From Lingula anatina (taxonomy: Eukaryota; Animalia; Brachiopoda): a DNA stretch of 64,000 bases. Below are positions 44,838-56,631 of this stretch, piece by piece; position 1 is the stretch's first letter, and every line of letters begins with the position of its first letter. The notes under the pieces are model-generated. The model saw only the letters and a program-made list of their open reading frames with translations, had not been told where the DNA came from and made no database searches. Position numbers and translations under genes: made by a program. The stretch covers positions 13,986,644 through 14,050,643 of the forward strand of contig CM120643.1 of NCBI GenBank assembly GCA_051362555.1. Reading direction: 5' to 3'.

Positions 44838-46055
44838 TGTATGTACTAGATAGAAGTAGTGCTGTGAAAATATGCCTGGGGAATCTTGTGCAGAAGATTT
44901 ATTTAAAAGACTCTCCATGCCCCTCCCTTCCCCCCGCCCCTTCCCACTGTAACAGTCTTATTAATGTACTGTAAAGATTATATTTACAAATCCAGTCCTT
45001 AAGATGACAAAACCCTTTAAATAAAACTTAATCTGATGTGTATCTTGTGTTGTCATTTCTTATTTAATGCAGAGTCGGGTGGTTTTGATGGTCGGGAGGT
45101 CTTGCGCTACAGGTCCTAATTCTGTGCTGGTCTGTTAGTCGATGTTTATTTATTTTTGATATTTTATTATTATTGATGTTTATTTATTGTATTTCCACAT
45201 AGACCTTGCCGGTCCAGAGGACCTGCATTATCAAGAATTTTGCCGATCCTCTGCTTTTTTAGGTGGTCGGACTGGCAGTTTCTCGTGTCTGTTAATCATA
45301 ATGTAGTATTCTATTTGAGGAAACAAAACAAAAAAGTGAAAAAAAAAATGAAATTAAAGATACAGTTGTATATTTGCAAATTCTGCTTTTTCTTAATCTC
45401 AGCTGGTGACAATAAGTGATAAATTTGGCTTTTTGTATAAGTCATTGATAATTTTAAAATTCATGCCTTGAAAGTACGGGGAATTCTCGTATTCATTAGC
45501 GAAGGTAAAGAAAGTTTTAAAAAATAACCCTTTCGGATATTATTTGCACGTTATTAATATCAACAACAAAAGCTGGACTACGCTAAAGGGATATTACGAG
45601 ATGCACTTTTATTTTAATGACACCTCCTTCAACCTGAAGTATAATTTTTCACAACGCCTGGTACCGAAGGTTTTGCACATTACTTTCTATGTGATGCGGT
45701 TTTGCCGTATTTCGTGTAAAACCTTTGACTGTGTCTTGTCACCATAGTGCCTTGCCTAATAATGGATGAAATTAATTTAATTAAGGATTTTACGAATGGG
45801 TAAAAAAAAAAAAAAAAAAAAAGCACTTGGCTAAAAGACGTAAGGAAGGTTTTTCGATATTAGTTTTTTAAAACCTGGCGACACCATGAAAGTAGCTATT
45901 TATTCAGTTACTTAAAATACACATTCAAGATATCATACTTGCTTCCTGACAAGTTACAGATTTTCAGCTATTGTAAAAAAATAATCTAGATCGATTGGAC
46001 AAAGTGAGACGGTGCTGCGGGCAACAGCAACGGAGGTTAAAAATTCCGTACATTT

Positions 46056-46058
<3 letters not shown>

Positions 46059-46135
<77 letters not shown>
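46059..46135. repeat. Compound (GT)n(GA)n microsatellite
   Basis: Directly visible. Confidence 0.95.
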
Positions 46136-46139
<4 letters not shown>

Positions 46140-47988
46140 CAGTTCAATCTTGTATTGATCATTTTTATTTTGAAATTGCTAGACTGATGTAAGTTAAGTT
46201 CCACTTGGACAATTCTTCCACTCGCTTGTCTTTAATAAAATAAAAAAGTGTTAAATGGACCTATATTTTGGAGGGTGGGGTCACATTTCCATCACGAAAT
46301 CATCGATCTCACAATTACTCTAGGTGTATTAGAATGTATATGGCCGTAGCATTAACATAACGTACATTGACAATTGGACTTGGTTGATGCGTGAACATAC
46401 AGTAGTAACTTAAAATCGGAGATCCATATCAGCAGCATTATTAATATTTTTATTATTTGAAAATGGACAAAGATGCATCATTTAGGGAATAAATGTTGAA
46501 TTTTTGTAATTGTCGGAGTTGTTTTAACGGCAGCATTGATTTTGAATGTCAAATATGGGATATTTTCTTACAACAACGATATGCAAAAATGATAAAACTT
46601 TAAAAAAGAAAGAACCAGCAATGAAAATAATAATTTTCTTGATGACCGGAAGATAAATAGGTGAAGCATAAATAACTCGAATCATCACTGAATGAACTGA
46701 AATTATCGTGGAATTAATTATCATGCTTATGTACTAGCTGGTCTTTATTTATTACAATTTTTCGAAAAGCTTTTTCACAGTTTGCATAAATATGTAATCT
46801 CAGAATGCACTAGAGCGAGTATCTCAAACTTCATAATAATTCCAGAAATCGAAGGGGGGGGGGGGGGGGGGGGGGGGCTCAAGATCCCCCTGAAAACCCC
46901 CTCAAATCCGCCATACATACATACATACACACTGCTGTATGTTGTTAAATCCATAGTGAATAATGAAGGGGGGTCTTCGGTGGGTCCTTACTTCCTTCAA
47001 TCCCTGCTTTTTCATGGTTTTTGCATTAAAAAAAAAGAAATGCCGAAAATATAGGCCTATGTTTCTAGGCTTAGAATCTATACATGTACAAATGCCGTTT
47101 AGATGGGATGTTATGCTAAGTTTGAAACAAATTATTTTAACGCGATTTTTTCTCCTAAAGCGAGCCTGCAACCTTTTGATTTTCCATCCGAAATTAACAT
47201 ATGAAATGAAAAAACGCGTTTACTTATCGATTGCAAGGATAGACCAAGACGAGCTACTGTTAGATTTTACAAAGTGGTGAATAGTTACCAATGAATCGGA
47301 TATATTTTATCGTTAGGTTTTCAATGTGAAAATCATTGTACGAGAACAGTCGTAAAATATTGATTATAAGATTATTTTTTTTCCATATTGGCACGATAAG
47401 TGGAAATTTCAGAGTATCGAGTGTCAGTAGTTTTCATTTCTCACGCTGAAGCTACACTGACAGGCTTTCTCTGGATCCCCCGGACTTTAATGTGGTTGTT
47501 AAGTTTTAAAATATTTTTTCAGGGTAAGTAATATTTTAAGTCCCAGATAGTAGCATGCAGTGTAGTGAGATCAGTTAAGTGCATTGCATCATCCATGCTG
47601 AAAATCTTTATCTCATTCTGGTTGCTTTTCTTTCTTCTTCGTTATGAATACGAGTTCCCCGCTGGGAATCGGAATAAAACGTCTGCACATGCGCCATGCA
47701 GGCCGATTATCGATCATCTGTTCAGTCAGAGGATTAGGCAAAGGATGTTGAAAGTTACAAACTGAGCAAAATCTACCCTTATCTTACGCAAATCAAATTT
47801 CCAGTGTTATGTTTTCACTATATTTCAACTTACTTACTTCCATAGATAAACTGCCGTGATGCTAAGTAAAAATATAATTATAACACAAACCAGGCTCATT
47901 TTTTTTCATTGTAATTGTGTATAGAGCGTTCCCGATACGTGACCTAATTAATGAGCCGCCGCCATACTGGGGGACACACAAATCCAAG

Positions 47989-50583
47989 ATGGCGGAAGTG
48001 CCGGTGGTGAAATATAAGCGACTGCGAGTAAAAAACAAGAAATCCACAAGTTTATCTGTTGGCAGCAAAGAAAATCAGTTAATACCATATTCAGAAGGAC
48101 TTCAAGAGGCGGAGAAAATACGGTATGAAGAGAAATTGGCCTATCTGAAAGGGCAAGACCCGTATGAAATTACAGAGTGGAGCGGCGATGTGGAATTACT
48201 ACCCAGAGTTACATACATAGACATAGTCAACTATCTGCTATTCAAGCCAAGTCCATACACACAAGACCAGTTAAAATGTTACAAGGGTTTGGATGCCTAC
48301 AACCAGTTCGTGTCAGGATGGGTCAGGGATGTGGCGTCGGTAGAAATCAACGGAAAACGTGTTACAACAGCCAAGGTAAGAAATTTTAAGTAGTGAACAA
48401 CATACAGTAGCTATCAAGTGTATTGACTAATGGTCGTTAGGACTTGCTTTTCTATTTCACGATCTTAATAGATGACAGCTTTATAATTAGGCACCAAAGC
48501 TAGGTTTGAATGCAGTGTTTTTATTAAAACCAGAGGTATTCAGTAGAATTGAAATGAAAGTGTCTATCACAGTCTGCCAACTGATTTTCTTATCTAACTC
48601 ATGGGTGACATGCATGTGCATTATCCTTTTCTTTTCAATTTTTTTTTTTTTAAGAAAAAGGGTCCAATAGCACTGAATTTTTATTTCTACACACATGAGA
48701 ATGTTTGCTTAAGCAAGTGTTTGTATAGTAGCTGAGAATGAGACTTCCTTCTTAGTTTTCAAACTAGATATTATCTCACATAGGAAACAGTTCTTAAGAT
48801 TCTGGTTATTGGTGTCACTGACAACATAAAATGGGATTGGGTTATGTAACATTTGAACAAAAGTGATGTCTTGTGAAAAACAGGTAACTCTCCAGGTAGA
48901 TGTAATTACAAGTAGTTACCTTTACGTCATATAGCAGTCACCTTTTATCAGCTTGGTAGCCTGAGACACTATTTGACAAAGAGTATTTAATTAAGTGGCA
49001 CCACAGATTTGCACGTGCAGTGTACCTTGATCCATAAAATTAACCCTACGTTAATTAATAAACCAATTTTTCTTTTAGGTATTGCACTCTCAGCGCCTTA
49101 ATGACAGTCCTCTGCGACCATGGGTTTTAGCTGACCAGGAAGGTGAAATAATTACGGGACACTGCAACTGTATGGCAGGACTTGGTGAGACCTGTACCCA
49201 TGTTGCAGCTCTGCTATTTTTTGTGGAAGCTGCAGTGAAGATCAGGGATGCCAAAACTGTCACACAAGAGAAGGCATATTGGAAGTTGCCAACACCCTTT
49301 TCAAGTGTCACGTACAGTAAGCTGAAGGACCTTGATTTTACATCTGCATCCTCCTTAAAAAAACAACTTGACACTTCGTTATGCTCAGACAGGCCAGTAA
49401 CTCCACCAACCCCAAACCAAAACAGATCCCAGCCATCAACAGTACCTCCCACACAGGAAAGATTGGACAGATTTTTCAATGCTCTCAGCAAGGTACCATC
49501 AAAGCCAGCTATTCTTGCCCATGTCCCAGAGTATTGTGAAAATTATGTCCCCTTGTTATTAAAAGGAGATTTCCCCATAGTGCTGACAGAGTTGAAGGAC
49601 AAGGAAACTTTTGGCTATACATATAACAATTTAATTGATCACTGTGAAAGCATACTTGAAGGTTTGACAATAACCGTTGAGCAAGTACTACAAGTAGAGG
49701 CAGTGACTAAGCGCCAGAGCCAGACTCCTCACTGGAATCGTTTCCGTGCTGGGAGAATAACTGCTTCGAACATGAAATCGGTATGTAAAACTAACCCTGC
49801 CAGCCCAGCCATGTCACTGATAAAGACGGTCTGTTATCCACAGGCAAGGCAGTTCTCCAGCAACGCCATGGAATGGGGGTGTAGTCATGAAAGTGTGGCA
49901 GTTGATGCTTTTTTGCAGCAGATGAGCCAAGACCACAGTAATATAAGGGTAGTGAACAGTGGACTTATCCTGACACCAGACTACCCTTATATTGCTGCTT
50001 CGCCAGATGGCATTATTGAATGCGATTGCTGTGGAAAGTCCATTTTGGAAGTTAAGTGTCCCTTTTGCAAAAAGGAAAGTACCCTGGATGGGAATGATGA
50101 GACTTTTTATTTGGTCAAGGACAAGGGAGGAGAGTTAAAACTTAAACGGGACCACCAGTACTATTATCAAGTCCAGACACAGCTAGGTGTTGCCAAATTG
50201 GAGAGGGCATTTTTTGTTGTGTGGACTGAACAAGATCTCCATGTTGAGGACATTTATTTTGATGTTGATTTTTGGGAGGGAATTTGCATGAAGTCTAAAC
50301 ATTTTTTTATGAAAGCAGTACTTCCAGAATTGGTAGCTAACTTTTTTCAAGAACCCCAATGCCAGTGCTTGCTGACAAAACAAATACTCGGTTATCTGAT
50401 GAGCAGTGGTGCTACTGCAAAGATATGGAATATGGGAGTATGGTGTGCTGTGATTCTAAGGACTGTTCCATTCAGTGGTTTCACTTCAAGTGTGTGGGGA
50501 TCAAGGGAGAGCCAAAAGGAAAATGGTTCTGTCCTGATTGTAGAAAAACTGTGAAAACGAGTAGAAAAAAGAATCGACAGTAG
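47989..50583 (+). CDS. Transposon accessory protein: SWIM zinc finger + YqaJ/lambda-exonuclease-like domain + C-terminal PHD finger (2 exons; 1-nt frameshift before the PHD)
   Basis: Exon 1 47989-48375 (AAG|GTAAG), exon 2 from 49079 (TTTAG|GTA), joining as TAK-VLHSQR. SWIM CNC..CTH; nuclease motifs RITAS, WG..HE, ASPDG, LEVKCP, YYYQVQ. PHD WCYC...CD..DC..QWFH..C...WFCPDC lies in the -1 frame after the T6 run at 50342-50347. Confidence 0.85.
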
Positions 50584-51113
50584 AAAAAAGTTGTTTCTTC
50601 ATTTTAAGATACAAACATTGACAATTGAATTATGTGCAGGTTTTTTTCTTTGCACACAGCTTAAGAAGCAATCTACATTAAATGGAGAATAAAATAGCAC
50701 TTCATTAGTTTTAGAGTACAACTGCAGTAAGTTGTCAATATTACTGTGGATGTTTTATCATTTGTATGAATTTCTTTTTTTTGTAAAAAACATGGCTCAG
50801 CCATGCAGCAGTCTATCATTTTATGTATGATTCACAAAGCAATACAAGGTTCAAATAATACCCACTTTTATTCTCGTTTATAGATGTGATTCTACAAAAC
50901 TTTACTGAAGGTACAACTCCAGCATGTTATTAAAGTACATGTTTTTAATGTTTGTATTTCTACAATCTTTGTAAAAAAAAATTGATCAGTCATGCAGCAG
51001 TCTGTTTACTATATATATATATATATGTCAGTGCAATCTTAATGTGCAATCTAAATGTGCAATATGCATTTGTGATAAAAGTTTCTTGCCATATGATGAA
51101 TAAATTATCCATT

Positions 51114-52890
51114 TCAATTGAATGGTACAACAGAATCACAAAGATTTGTCAATGCACAACAAACCTTAACAATTTTGTCAATAACAAGTGTGTCATCACC
51201 CTTTACTGGTGTAAAAAAATCGTGTGGTAATTTTGCTGATAATATTGAATACTTCTGACGAACAACGCCTATCACTCTCTCAACATGAATTCTACTGTTG
51301 GCTATCCTCCTCGTTTGTTCAACATCTAAAGCTCCGAGCTGTGATTTACCCCTGGTAAATGCTGGGATGTATAACCGTGCACACATGCTACCTACACTAT
51401 CCTGTATGTCAAAACCTCTATCTGCTAAAATTACATCCCCTGGCAAAAGCTTATTAAGTAAACCACAAGTTTCTGTAATTATTTTGTCACTCGCTCTGCC
51501 GCCATGCCCATCTGAGATGAAACATATCACTCCCTGAGGTGTAATACCTATCAAATATTTTGCTGTGTTATTGTGTTTGTAAGATGACCAAGTTTCATTT
51601 CTTGCTTTGAGGTTAGATGGACATTCTATAGGTATTTCAAAGCAATCAATAATCACTGCAACTTTTGTACCAAAATGCTCTCTAAAACTCATTGGCATTG
51701 TTTTTTTCAGTTGCTCTCTCTCAGGCCAATGAATGAGAGGTGACAAAAGAACAAACAATACTCCCAAAATGCTTCTAAATATTCGTGAAACAGTACTATC
51801 AGAAACACCAAATCTGACAGCCAAATCCTGGTTTGCAAGGTTAAGTCTCAGTTTCATAAGAACAAGGATCAATTGTTGAAATTTATCTAAAGCACTCTTG
51901 TGATGAAGAATAATATCAGACTCAACATAATCATACAATGATTTCAGAACTGGGTAATTTGGGAGGCCAGTGTAATATCTTACTTTTTCATCGTCATTTT
52001 CAAAAAAGTCAATATCAAATTGTTTTGCCTTGCAAGCTTTCTTTAGTTCGGCATTTTCACTTTGTAGTCTCATTATTTCCTCTTCCATGGCTGTATACAG
52101 CTTCATGTCAACAGTAGTTTGAGATGCTGTCCCAGTCTCAACATTTGTAGTCATCTCGACAGTTGCAGCTACTTCTCCAGACTTCTGCAAATCAAGTAAT
52201 GCAGTTGCTGCCTCATGTTGTTTCTTTTTTGTGGATCTCTGGACTGAGCGATGATATCTTGAGTGGGGTGTTGCTTGCTGATTTTCTGTGTCAGATGGCC
52301 TTCCCATTTTCACGGTTGGGGCCCAGTCAGGATTGAGCTTATCATACAGTGCCGCTGGTTTATCTGTAAATCACATAGCAATTTTTTTTGTTAACATATC
52401 AAGCAAAAAGACCGAGTTTCAGCATTTCAAGTGCATGCTATTATAACTTTCAAAACCTGTATGCTTACATGATGTAAACTGTGTCACTAGACTAAAATGA
52501 TTTAGAAATATAACTTTTCGTAGTTAAATACATAGCAGTTCCCTACACCATGTAGTGACTGGCCAGGGTCTACCCGGGCTCGATAGCTCAGAAGTTGAGC
52601 ACTCCACTCCACTCGGGTATTTCCCCCAAAACGATACAACTAAATTATCCTTTTCCATGTAATGTAAACTCACCTACGAAATGGTCTGAGCACACACGTA
52701 TGTGTTCATAGCTTGATTCTTTGATGTCTGATCTGCCGATGTTAGATAACCATTTATCACGCCTTGCTTGCGATAATTCCTTAGTCTGGTCACCTTGGTG
52801 TGTTATAACTTTTGGTAGCCTGTAGTATGATCGATCATTTTCTCGATTTCGCCTGTTCGAACAGCCAAAAACAGCACAAAACGACGGCAT
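51114..52890 (-). CDS. THAP-domain DDE transposase (DDE_Tnp_4/HARBI1-like), 2 exons, ~488 aa, open
   Basis: Exon 1 52890-52674 (THAP CAVFGC...RVCSDHF; GTGAGT donor); exon 2 52363-51114 begins in frame [34 protein letters not shown]; catalytic [21 protein letters not shown]. Confidence 0.92.
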
Positions 52891-53241
52891 TTTAATTCAA
52901 AGCCCGCAACCACGCTACCTGCCCATGCGCTTTGTTCCGGTCCCTCAACATGGCGGCGGCTAGAGATCGTGACGTCATTCAAGGACGCTCTATAGAAAAA
53001 AGCCTCATATTTTCGCTCTTCTTTCAGATCTTAGCACAAGTGAATTGAGGATGAATCATTAAATTTAAAAATAAATGAATAAAATAAAAATACATACTAC
53101 ATACAGCATATCTCTAATTCTGTCACCATCAACATTATGATTATCTACATTTTGAAGAAATGTTCATATTTGCTCTGTAAATTAAAATACTTAATTTGCA
53201 ATGTCAATATATTCTAGGTGTTCTTGGTCTCAACTGCAGTA

Positions 53242-55926
53242 ATGTCTGAGCACAAGAAGAATGAACATGAAGAAACGGCACCTGGTGAAATAGATATCCA
53301 TAGTCCATCAATGACTTTGTCAGACAAAAGTCCTGAATATATATCTGTTCCTGGTCAAAATGTTGACTCAAATAAAGAAGAAACGACTTTAAACAAAGAT
53401 GACACTGAGTCTGATGATGCTAGTACATATAATGATGGGGAAATGCCACAAGGGGCACTCAATAAAAGTGTGGATGATAAAAACATTCATGGCAATATAA
53501 AAATACCTCTTCCAACTGAACTCAGTCATGATACTGATACACTGTGCAATAATACCAATATAACTGATAATTTGAGGAGCAAAGATGTAAAACAAAGGCT
53601 CACGTGTTTGGTCTGTGGCCCACATAAGGACACTTCTAAGGCTGAGTATGTAAAGCTGTCAACTTGTCCAGATATTGAGAGAGAAATCCATGAGCTTTTG
53701 AAAATACTTTCTCCTCCTGCAGAATCTGATGTTTGTTGTGGCAGATGTTTGGATTTAATGAAAACCTTTGTTAACTTAAAGAATGATTTTCAGCAAATGA
53801 AACGAAAAATAACAGCTCTACACATTGATGGACAGTTAGAAATGCAAAACAGTCAAATGTGTGAGGAATCGGACACTGATGATCATGACATGAGTGATGA
53901 GGACAATCAAACACATGATCCCAGAAGCCAAGAACAAGACAGTGAAATGCTCATTAAGCATGAAATCATCGATATTGGATTTACAGAGGAAAATAATCCT
54001 ACTAAAGAAAAGGGAACATTTGAAAAGGACACTTCAAATAATGGAAGTATAGAAACCACACATTCAGTAAGAGAAATGTACAAATGTTGCCATTGTAATG
54101 CAACATTCAATAAAGCAAGTGCTCATGCTATACACGAAAGATCTCACAATGGGGAAACAATCTTTAATTGTGAACTTTGTGAAGAGACCTTTTCCAGAGC
54201 TGGAGACCTAAGAGAACATGAGAAAGTACATGAGATGAAATGTTCTTTTTGTAATAAATCTTGTCGGGGACCTAGAGCTTTGAGCAGGCATGAAAAAGCC
54301 CACACTGCAAAACTGAACAAGAAACCTGAAATATTTAAGTGCTCAGAGTGTGATAAAATTTTCAGTAAGAAGCTGGCTCTTGTTAGTCATGAAATAGTTC
54401 ACATTAGTGGCAGACTCACATGTCAGCAATGTGAAAGGACATTTAAAAGTAAAAAGGATCTGGCAAAGCATGAAAGGACTCATGCATTGACGTGCTCTTA
54501 TTGTGGTAAAATTTGCTGGGGAACTAAAGCACTTAACAAGCATGAAAGAGTTCACACTGGTGAAGATCATGAAAGCAAAACAAAAACATACAAATGCTCA
54601 CATTGTGACAAGACATCCAGCTCGAAAGGTGCAATTGTCTTGCATGAAATGATTCACACTACCAACAGACTCAAATGTAAACAATGTGAAAAATCTTTTA
54701 CAAAAAAGGATGACCTATTGGAGCATGAAAAAATCCATGAACTGAAATGTTCTTATTGTGGTAAATCTTGTTGGGGAACAAGAGCTCTTATTAAACATGA
54801 AAGGAATCACAATGGCGAAATACCACAAAAGATTGTGAATTATACATACAAATGTTCATACTGTAATGAAAGTTTCAGTGGGAAAAATCAACGGGATGTA
54901 CATGAAACTATTCATTTTGTTGAAGGATTCAAATGTAAACATTGTGGACAGTCTTTTACCATGAAAGAAGATTTTATTGAACATGACAAATCACATGAAT
55001 TTAAATGTTCTCATTGTGGAAAATCTTGTTGGGGAACAGAAGCTCTTAACAAGCATGAGAAATTTCACACGGTTGAAAAACCATACAAATGTAACAGTTG
55101 TGATAAGGCATTTCTATACAAAAGAGCATTGCAAGACCATGAATATACTCACACCGGAGAAAAACCTTATTTGTGCCAGTACTGTACCAAAAGCTTTGCT
55201 AGCAGCTCAACTTTAAAATCACATGAAATGACACAACACACTGATGATAGACCATACCAATGCCAGTACTGTGATCGCGGATTTGCATCCAGATTATCCT
55301 GGGAAGAACATGAACGCTTGCACACAGGGGAGAAACCGTTTAAGTGTGATCACTGTGGCAAAAGATTTGTTAGAAAATCATGTTGGAGAGACCATTTGAA
55401 AATTCATCTTGGAATAAAACCTCATGTTTGCTCATACTGTGGAAGAAGATTTCTTGACAAATCCCACCTTATTAGACATGAGAGAACCCACACTGGCGAA
55501 AAACCATATAAGTGTAAACACTGTGATAAAACATTCAATAGAAAAAGTAACTGTAACACACATGAAAAAAGTCACATTGGAAAGAAAACTGTAAAACTGC
55601 GTTCATCTGAAAATAAATTTAAAAGCTCATCTGAAAGAAGCATGCATGCTGAAGACAGTGTTAACAGTGAGAACTCTGATGGTTTGGAAATGAGTCAGCA
55701 GTTGGACAGTTCATTTATCAGTCAACAGTTTGACAGCACATATAGACCCCAACACAGTGAGAGTACATTCAGACCTCAGCACACTGACAGTACATTGAGA
55801 TCTCAGCACATGGAAACCTCATTTAGGGGTCCACACTCCAGTAATGTGTTCCCTACTCCAGAGGCTGTTTATCATGGAGACAACCCTAATCAGTACATGT
55901 ATGGTATGCACATGCCAGGGATGTAA
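53242..55926 (+). CDS. ZNF9: ZAD-like C2H2 zinc-finger protein (894 aa, 18 fingers = 4 triplets + 6 core)
   Basis: Acceptor attctag|GTG at 53217, ATG 53242, CLVC...CCGRC, IKHE, tail YMYGMHMPGM*. Confidence 0.92.
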   Translation: MSEHKKNEHEETAPGEIDIHSPSMTLSDKSPEYISVPGQNVDSNKEETTLNKDDTESDDASTYNDGEMPQGALNKSVDDKNIHGNIKIPLPTELSHDTDTLCNNTNITDNLRSKDVKQRLTCLVCGPHKDTSKAEYVKLSTCPDIEREIHELLKILSPPAESDVCCGRCLDLMKTFVNLKNDFQQMKRKITALHIDGQLEMQNSQMCEESDTDDHDMSDEDNQTHDPRSQEQDSEMLIKHEIIDIGFTEENNPTKEKGTFEKDTSNNGSIETTHSVREMYKCCHCNATFNKASAHAIHERSHNGETIFNCELCEETFSRAGDLREHEKVHEMKCSFCNKSCRGPRALSRHEKAHTAKLNKKPEIFKCSECDKIFSKKLALVSHEIVHISGRLTCQQCERTFKSKKDLAKHERTHALTCSYCGKICWGTKALNKHERVHTGEDHESKTKTYKCSHCDKTSSSKGAIVLHEMIHTTNRLKCKQCEKSFTKKDDLLEHEKIHELKCSYCGKSCWGTRALIKHERNHNGEIPQKIVNYTYKCSYCNESFSGKNQRDVHETIHFVEGFKCKHCGQSFTMKEDFIEHDKSHEFKCSHCGKSCWGTEALNKHEKFHTVEKPYKCNSCDKAFLYKRALQDHEYTHTGEKPYLCQYCTKSFASSSTLKSHEMTQHTDDRPYQCQYCDRGFASRLSWEEHERLHTGEKPFKCDHCGKRFVRKSCWRDHLKIHLGIKPHVCSYCGRRFLDKSHLIRHERTHTGEKPYKCKHCDKTFNRKSNCNTHEKSHIGKKTVKLRSSENKFKSSSERSMHAEDSVNSENSDGLEMSQQLDSSFISQQFDSTYRPQHSESTFRPQHTDSTLRSQHMETSFRGPHSSNVFPTPEAVYHGDNPNQYMYGMHMPGM

Positions 55927-56113
55927 TGTTTTCTTTGCATTTACAGTGTTACAAAGTGATACATGTATGATGGTCACAACGTCCTTTACATAGCTACGAA
56001 ATTCATGGCACATTACCTTAGGCAGAAGTGGAAATAGAGTAGTCAAACTGACACTGGTGGAATAAAAGTTGCATTTTTGGCAAATCATTGTGGCTGGACT
56101 GAATTAAAACTTG

Positions 56114-56270
56114 AGGGATAACAAGTTTTCATATGAAATTCACAATAAATACATTGTAAACAACTCATAGAAATATAATTAATTCTATTTTACCACCATA
56201 GCTGCGGTCATTGCAATTATTCTGGAATCTGTTTTTGTCTTTGGCCCATGTTACCTCCATAGATGGCTAA
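56114..56270 (+). mobile_element. Partial left half of the Kolobok-like element family
   Basis: AGGGATAACAA...CACAATAAATACATTGTAAACAACTCATA matches ~2246-2400. Confidence 0.6.
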
Positions 56271-56631
56271 AATCTCATAAGACTGGGAGAGGAAGTGGTT
56301 TTGAAAATTTTCCATCATTGACTTCCAAATGAAGTTGTATTAAAATGTTGCAGGTAGCATTAAAATTATGATGACAATTGGACTAAATTGGTGTGTATAT
56401 AGTAACTTAAAATTGGAGATCTATACCAGCATTTTTATTTCTGTTATTTGAGGATGGATAGACATGCACCATGTAGGAAATAAATGTTGAATTTTCATTA
56501 ATGCATTGATGTCAGAAAACCCATTTTGTACAACAGTGATATGGTAGAATTATAAAATTAAATAAGCATAAGCACTTTTATTTGGTCAGTGCTAATCAAG
56601 CTTCATCCTGTCTCATACTCTTTCTTATCTT

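Larger units (their letters stand above)
47923..52991. mobile_element. ISL2EU/IS4EU-type DNA transposon (PIF/Harbinger-ISL2EU-Spy group), ~5.07 kb, near-intact
   Basis: Imperfect TIRs AGAGCGT...AGCCGCCGCCAT..TG.GGGAC and its reverse complement, flanked by AT (alternatively readable as TATA). Two convergent genes, THAP-DDE transposase and YqaJ-type nuclease, are the established ISL2EU gene pair. Confidence 0.9.

Noticed and set aside
45995-46192. ORFs with CVCV/RERE runs (also 8401-8701)
   Set aside because: Translations of microsatellites.
50335-50350. Programmed -1 ribosomal frameshift producing a nuclease-PHD fusion
   Set aside because: The in-frame context C TTT TTT is not a canonical X XXY YYZ heptamer; a homopolymer deletion or sequencing error is simpler.
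51114-52890. Domesticated HARBI1 or THAP host gene
   Set aside because: Enclosed by TIRs and a TSD together with a YqaJ partner, so it is a transposon gene.
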